A program made the position numbers and the translations under genes. A stretch of DNA of 64,000 nucleotides from a virus (taxonomy: Duplodnaviria; Caudoviricetes): IMG/VR virus record IMGVR_UViG_3300032321_000388, positions 54,645 to 118,644 of that record. One strand, 5' to 3'. The first letter of the stretch is position 1. Each line of letters opens with the position of its first letter. This document shows positions 58,745 to 64,000 of the stretch, in pieces. Below the pieces are notes generated by a model. That model had not been told where the DNA came from, searched no databases, and saw only the letters and a list, made by a program, of their open reading frames with translations.

Positions 58745-60109
58745 TTGGCAACAACAAATAGTAAATTTGTAGCAAAAAACGGCTTAGCGGTCGGCTCATC
58801 AATAGATGTAATCAATACAGACGGTCAATGGATAGGTGCTACTGGCACTTTACATGGAGCCACAGGACCAGCAGGTGCTACAGGTGCACAAGGTATCGGT
58901 GGAGCAACTGGTCCTCAGGGTGTTCAAGGTATTCAAGGCGTTGAAGGAGCATCTGGTGTTAATGGAGCTACTGGTGTAACCGGTGCTAGTGGAGTAGGTC
59001 TTACTGGAGCAACAGGTATTCAAGGAGCTTCAGGAGCTACAGGTACACAAGGAGCATCTGGCCTTCAAGGTTCATTCGGCGGAGCTGCATTCGATTATAC
59101 CTACATGGGTGCGACAGGAGTTGCATCTAATCCAGGTACAGGTAAAATCACATTAAACAATGCAACCATCTCATCAGCTACTGAGATGTATATCAATGAT
59201 GCTGACGATCTTTCAGTTTCAATATACAACTACTTACAGACCATCGATGATTCTACATCTGCAATCAAAGGTCACTTCTCAATAACAGAAAAAACAGATA
59301 CTGCAAACTTTGCTTTATTTGCTATCACTGGTTCCCATACACACGGTAGTAGTTACTTTACTGTTCCTATCAGTTACCTATCCGGTGGAGGTACTCTATC
59401 AACTAATGATGACGTGATTATCACTTTCGCAAGAACAGGTGATAAAGGAGATACTGGTAACACTGGTGCCACTGGAGTTCAAGGAGCAACTGGGGTTCAA
59501 GGAGCTTCAGGTGTAGGAGCTACTGGTGTTCAGGGAGCTTCTGGTGTTGCAGGTATAAATGGTACAACTGGTCCTCAGGGTACACAAGGTGTCCAAGGTA
59601 TTCAAGGTGCATCTGGTGCTACTGGAACTGCAGGTACTAATGGTGCCACAGGTACTGCTGGTACTAATGGAGCTACAGGCGAAAGCGGAGCTACTGGAGC
59701 TACTGGTCCTGTAGGAAGTAACGGTATCAATGGTGCGACCGGTCCTCAAGGTGTAACTGGAACTACAGGACCAATAGCTGGATCTAGAACTGGAGCTACT
59801 GGTGGTGCAATATCATCAATCACACCAGATGCATCATTATATGACACCTATGTAGTAAATGCTTTAGGAGCATCAGGTACAATCAATACTCCTTCTGGCA
59901 GTCCTGTTGACGGTCAAAGACTAGTTATTCGTATTGAAGATAATGGTACAATCAGAGGTTTAGCATTTGCTGGTGCTACTGGAGCATATCGTGCTTTAGG
60001 TACTACTTTACCTACAGCTACTACTGCTGCAAAAGTTACGTATGTTGGATGTGTATACAATTCATATGATTCATTTTGGGATGTCGTTGCTGTGGCAACG
60101 CAGGCATAG
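58745..60109 (+). CDS. Collagen-like fibre protein (TTG start)
   Basis: KFVAKNGL N-terminus, FGGAAFDY...TIDDSTS.IKGHF module, and a GQRL.IRI.DNGT...WDVVA C-terminal domain. Confidence 0.8.
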   Translation: MATTNSKFVAKNGLAVGSSIDVINTDGQWIGATGTLHGATGPAGATGAQGIGGATGPQGVQGIQGVEGASGVNGATGVTGASGVGLTGATGIQGASGATGTQGASGLQGSFGGAAFDYTYMGATGVASNPGTGKITLNNATISSATEMYINDADDLSVSIYNYLQTIDDSTSAIKGHFSITEKTDTANFALFAITGSHTHGSSYFTVPISYLSGGGTLSTNDDVIITFARTGDKGDTGNTGATGVQGATGVQGASGVGATGVQGASGVAGINGTTGPQGTQGVQGIQGASGATGTAGTNGATGTAGTNGATGESGATGATGPVGSNGINGATGPQGVTGTTGPIAGSRTGATGGAISSITPDASLYDTYVVNALGASGTINTPSGSPVDGQRLVIRIEDNGTIRGLAFAGATGAYRALGTTLPTATTAAKVTYVGCVYNSYDSFWDVVAVATQA

Positions 60110-60336
60110 AGGAATATCATGAAAAGTGCGGTCGTTAATAAAGAAACAACTGTAGTTGAAAACATTATTATGGCAAGTCCTAGTGATCCATGGCCATTCT
60201 CAAGCACATCGTTAGTTTTAGTACCTGATGATTTATTAGTTAATATAGGTGATACCTATATTGATCCTTATTTTTATGATAAGGACGGTAATATTGTCAC
60301 TCCTATACAATTAGAAACACCTTAGGCATAGAGGAA
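60102..60336 (+). repeat. 13-bp direct repeat AGGCATAGAGGAA (60102-60114 and 60324-60336) flanking ORF 60119
   Basis: The last codons, stop and RBS of the upstream gene recur after the next gene. Confidence 0.65.
60119..60325 (+). CDS. Small putative fibre assembly/chaperone protein
   Basis: A.V.....VVENII.A...V.IGDTY...F pattern. Confidence 0.6.
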   Translation: MKSAVVNKETTVVENIIMASPSDPWPFSSTSLVLVPDDLLVNIGDTYIDPYFYDKDGNIVTPIQLETP

Positions 60337-60340
60337 ATAT

Positions 60341-60823
60341 ATGGCGGTCAAGACTTTAGTAATAATTAATCCAACAGGAGCTACAGGCGGTGCAACTGGA
60401 ACATATATTGGTGTTCCTAATGATTTTGTTTCATTGATATCAATTGAAGCTATAGCCGGAGGCGGTGGTGGAGGATATAATGGAGTCATAGGCGGAGGCC
60501 GTGGTGGGGGTGGTGGTGCATATGTCAAATCTACTGGTGCCACAGGATTGGTACCAGGGGCTTCTATGTTCTATTATGTTGGTTATGGTGGTAATGGTGG
60601 TGGTTCTACTGGTGCTGCTACTAACGGAGGTCCTACTTGGCTTACTATAGGTACAAATAGTCCCCCATCTTTTTCTTATCAAGGTATATTTGCTCCCGGA
60701 GGTATAGCTGCTCAAACGGGTTCAACAGGTGCCACTGGTGGATTTGGTGGCGGTACAGTAGGTACTACCGGTGCAACAGGATGGACGGGTTCAACAGGAT
60801 ACAGAGGCGGTAAAGGTGGATAA
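60341..60823 (+). CDS. Glycine-rich domain protein, N-terminal part of a split domain
   Basis: VP.D....IEAIAGGGGG...GGGGGAY...VG.GG; ends YRGGKGG*. Confidence 0.7.
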   Translation: MAVKTLVIINPTGATGGATGTYIGVPNDFVSLISIEAIAGGGGGGYNGVIGGGRGGGGGAYVKSTGATGLVPGASMFYYVGYGGNGGGSTGAATNGGPTWLTIGTNSPPSFSYQGIFAPGGIAAQTGSTGATGGFGGGTVGTTGATGWTGSTGYRGGKGG

Positions 60824-63800
60824 TGTTTGATCTATTAAAACTATTCTTTAATCCACTCAAGTTAGTAGAATTATTCACGTTTAATGCGATCGCTGGTTAT
60901 GGTGGCGGCGGTGCAGGCGGACCTTTCGGCGGCGGCGCAAACGGTGCAACAGGTGCAGCAGGTGCAACTGGTGCTGCAGGTGGAGCAGGCGCAACAGGAT
61001 TTTTAGGAGCATCAGGTGCAACAGGCGCTGCCACATATTCAGCAGGGGCCGGTGGTGCAGGTGGAGCAGGTAGCTTACAAGCTGGTGCCACTGGAGTATC
61101 ATATGGTGGCGGTGCTGGTGGTGGGGGTGGTGGTGACGTAGGTAAAGGAGCTCCAGGTATCATCGTCATTACTTATAATGCCCCAGATATATTAACAACA
61201 GCTTATTGGGTTGGTGGTAGTGGTACTTGGGATGAAACAACAACAACAAACTGGGCATCTACATCAGGAGGTGCTGGTGGTGCTGGAATTCCTGCCGCTG
61301 GATCAACAGTTATCTTTAACGCTAGCTCTGGAACAGGTACAGTCACTATTGGTACTAATCCAGCCTGTGCATATATTACATGTACGGCAGCAAGTGGATC
61401 ATTAGCATTTTCAGGCTCAAATACAATTACAGCATCAGGCGCAACCGCAGCTGGCGCTATTGCTATTACATCAGGTTCATGGAGTGGATTTACAGGTACG
61501 CTTTCAATTAATAATACTGGGTTTACTACATCATTATCTATTGCATCGGGTGTATCGTTTGGGGCATCAGTAAGTTATATACCAACAACTTCTGGAACGC
61601 TTTCTATTACTGCTAATACAACAATAGCAACTACAGGAACATTTAGCTTTTTACCTGTTACTGCAGGTACATTAGATTTAACAGGCGCTACTACTGGTAA
61701 CTTTACTTTATCTTGCGGATTATTTAATTCATCTAGTGCTATTACTCGTTCTATTACATTTGGCACAGGCGCTATCACTACTACTGGCTCTGGAACTGCA
61801 TTTACTACTGCTACAGCTACAGGACTTACATACACAGGTACACCCACTGTTAACATATCTAATAACTCTGCAACCGCCACTACTGTAACTGCTCATACTA
61901 CAGGTGGTACAGAAGCTAATGTATTTAATTTTAACTTTACCACAGGCACATACACATTAACATTAACTAATAATTCAATAGTTAAATCATTAGTCTTTAC
62001 AGGATTTACTGGATCATGGACTCCATCGAATACAACCACCTTTTATGGAAATTTAACGCTTGTTTCTGGCATGACATATGGTGCAACCGCGAGCTCATTT
62101 AACTTTTACGCTACATCTGGTACACAAGTAATTACATCTGCAAGTAAAACATTATATAACATTAATCAAAACGGTGTTGGCGGTACAGTTCAGATGCTTT
62201 CTGGCACAACTACTATAAATAGCTATGGATTAGTCAATGGCACTTTAGATTTAGGTACTAATACAGCTACCTTATCATGTTCTAACTTTGCGTCTAGTAA
62301 CACTAACACTCGTTCAATTATTTTTGGCACAGGACAAATTACTTTAACTGGAAATGGTACAACTATTTGGACGACCGCAACTGCCACTAATTTTACCTAC
62401 ACCGGCACAGCAAAAATTGTCTCAAATTATTCAGGATCATCAGGTACTAGAACATTTTCTTTTGGAGCAATGACATCACCATTTACTGTGGGGTCTGGGT
62501 CAGGCAATCAAGTTTCATTTGGTACAGCCGGAACGGATATAATAGCTTTTGGCGCAAGCTCGTCTATAGCCTCTCTTGACTTTACAGGGTTTACAGGAAC
62601 ATGGGCTCAGTCTACCAACGCAATGTCTATCACTTCAGGTGATTTAACATTAGTATCTGGCATGACATGTACACCAAGCACAGGGGTTATATCATTCACA
62701 GCTACATCTGGCACACAAAATATTACATTCGCTGGCAAAACAACTAATCCTATTACTAAAACCGGAGCAAGCGGAACTTTATCTTTAGTAGATGCAGCAA
62801 GTATTAACGGAGCTTTAACTGTTACTACTGGAACATTCAATGCTAATAATCAAAACGTAAGCGCAACATCTTTATCTTCAAATAATAACACTTCCGTTTC
62901 AGTAACTATGGGTTCTGGTACATGGACACTATCTGGGACAGGAACAGTATGGTTTGTACAAAGTTTAGCTACAATTAATGCAAACACTTCAACGATTGCT
63001 TTATCAACTACAACAGCAACAGCTACAACTTTTGCTGGTGGTGGAAAAACTTATTATAACTTATCTTTATCTGGTGCTACTGGTTCAACCCCGCTAACTA
63101 TTACTGGTGCAAATACATTTAATCAGATATCAAGTTCTAAAACTGTTGCATATTCAATAACGCTTCCAGCAAGTACAACGACTACTGTAGGCACATGGTC
63201 AGCACAAGGCTCATCTGGAAACTTATTAACATTAAATTCATCAACTGCAGGAACACAAGCTACTTTATCTTGTACTAATGCGGCGTCCATAGATTACGCA
63301 TTAGTACAAGATAATACTCTTTCATCAACTAATGGTACTGTAACTAATGGATATTTAAATAATAAAACTACAGGATGGACTGCTGGTACTGGATCAACTT
63401 ATTATGATCTTTTAACCTCAGGCACATCATACACAATTCCGTCTACATGGAATTCTGCAGATAATTCAATTCACATAATTGGTGGTGGCGGTGGCGGTGC
63501 GGGATCAACAGCCAACGCCGCTAATCGAGCTGGGGGCGGTGGAGGCGGAGGCGGCGGTTATGCAAAATTAGTTAACCAATCTTATACTTCAGGACAAGTT
63601 ATTACTTATGCTATTGGTGCAGTAGGATCTACTGGAGGGAGTGGAGGCTCAACAGGATCTACAGCAGGTACAGGAGGTACAACATCATGGAACTCTGGAA
63701 CTGGTACCGCAACTGGCGGTGCAGGCGGAACCTCTACACCAACAACTTCAACAGGTGGCGCTGGAGGTACAGGGTCTGGCGGCACATTAAATTACACAGG

Positions 63801-64000
63801 CGGTACAGGAGGTGCTGGAAGCACGTTTTCAAGTGTAAGTGTAGGTCATGGTGGAGGCGGCGGAGGTGGAGCTGGTGGCCCTAATGGTAACGGGGGTAAT
63901 GGCGGTACGGGATTTGCAAGCAGTGTTGCCGCTTCTGTTAGCGGCGGTGGCGGAGGTGGTAATGGAGGTGGATCTGCTGGCGGTGGTGCTGCGGCTGGTG
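60823..64000 (+). CDS. Large Gly/Thr/Ser-rich virion protein, 3'-truncated
   Basis: ATG overlaps the upstream stop. Reads MFDLLKLFFNPLKLVELFTFNAIAGYGGGGAGGP...GIIVITY...YWVGGSGTWD..., with a second glycine-rich domain from about 63420. No stop was seen in the stretches I translated; it is probably missing from the track because it has no stop in the window. Confidence 0.8.
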   Translation, partial: MFDLLKLFFNPLKLVELFTFNAIAGYGGGGAGGPFGGGANGATGAAGATGAAGGAGATGFLGASGATGAATYSAGAGGAGGAGSLQAGATGVSYGGGAGGGGGGDVGKGAPGIIVITYNAPDILTTAYWVGGSGTWDETTTTNWASTSGGAGGAGIPAAGSTVIFNASSGTGTVTIGTNPACAYITCTAASGSLAFSGSNTITASGATAAGAIAITSGSWSGFTGTLSINNTGFTTSLSIASGVSFGASVSYIPTTSGTLSITANTTIATTGTFSFLPVTAGTLDLTGATTGNFTLSCGLFNSSSAITRSITFGTGAITTTGSGTAFTTATATGLTYTGTPTVNISNNSATATTVTAHTTGGTEANVFNFNFTTGTYTLTLTNNSIVKSLVFTGFTGSWTPSNTTTFYGNLTLVSGMTYGATASSFNFYATSGTQVITSASKTLYNINQNGVGGTVQMLSGTTTINSYGLVNGTLDLGTNTATLSCSNFASSNTNTRSIIFGTGQITLTGNGTTIWTTATATNFTYTGTAKIVSNYSGSSGTRTFSFGAMTSPFTVGSGSGNQVSFGTAGTDIIAFGASSSIASLDFTGFTGTWAQSTNAMSITSGDLTLVSGMTCTPSTGVISFTATSGTQNITFAGKTTNPITKTGASGTLSLVDAASINGALTVTTGTFNANNQNVSATSLSSNNNTSVSVTMGSGTWTLSGTGTVWFVQSLATINANTSTIALSTTTATATTFAGGGKTYYNLSLSGATGSTPLTITGANTFNQISSSKTVAYSITLPASTTTTVGTWSAQGSSGNLLTLNSSTAGTQATLSCTNAASIDYALVQDNTLSSTNGTVTNGYLNNKTTGWTAGTGSTYYDLLTSGTSYTIPSTWNSADNSIHIIGGGGGGAGSTANAANRAGGGGGGGGGYAKLVNQSYTSGQVITYAIGAVGSTGGSGGSTGSTAGTGGTTSWNSGTGTATGGAGGTSTPTTSTGGAGGTGSGGTLNYTGGTGGAGSTFSSVSVGHGGGGGGGAGGPNGNGGNGGTGFASSVAASVSGGGGGGNGGGSAGGGAAAG

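Noticed and set aside
49099-60823. Stop-codon reassignment as an explanation of the split genes
   Set aside because: The splits use TAA, one has three stops and another changes frame. TAA, TAG and TGA all terminate conserved core genes normally.
1-64000. tRNA/rRNA genes, inteins, homing endonucleases, integrases, invertases
   Set aside because: None was recognised by eye, and intergenic spaces are mostly too short. A covariance-model scan was not run.

Overview
This 64-kb window is an AT-rich stretch of a T4-superfamily myovirus genome using the standard genetic code. The host cannot be determined from the sequence. All family assignments come from motif recognition by eye, with no database search. 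From left to right it holds: the end of a cell-wall hydrolase gene, a ClpP-like protease and gp33-gp59-gp32; a minus-strand block (tape measure, gp51/gp26-like, gp16, a membrane EF-hand protein, gp54, a probable internal head protein, gp2, gp4); a long plus-strand late block under TATAAATA promoters (gp48, gp53, gp27-like, gp5, PAAR, gp25, gp6, gp7, gp8, a large virion protein); and about 35 kb of collagen-like fibres, S74-chaperoned fibres and gp38-like glycine-rich adhesins mixed with modification enzymes. The strongest candidate for a new system is a RiPP-like tailoring locus for tail-fibre tips. There, a radical SAM/SPASM enzyme, four Fe/2OG-type oxygenases and a fibre-docking protein with 13 Asn-Cys dipeptides sit directly behind an S74 fibre. 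Other notable points: glycine-rich adhesin genes are split at a variable loop, one of them flanked by two ATP-grasp-like genes; a GA(T/S)G motif has been inserted into non-collagen loops of many virion proteins; a probable -1 frameshift fuses gp26-like and gp51-like ORFs upstream of the tape measure; gp5 carries both a lysozyme and an M15 peptidase; and short stop/RBS direct repeats bracket apparently inserted genes.
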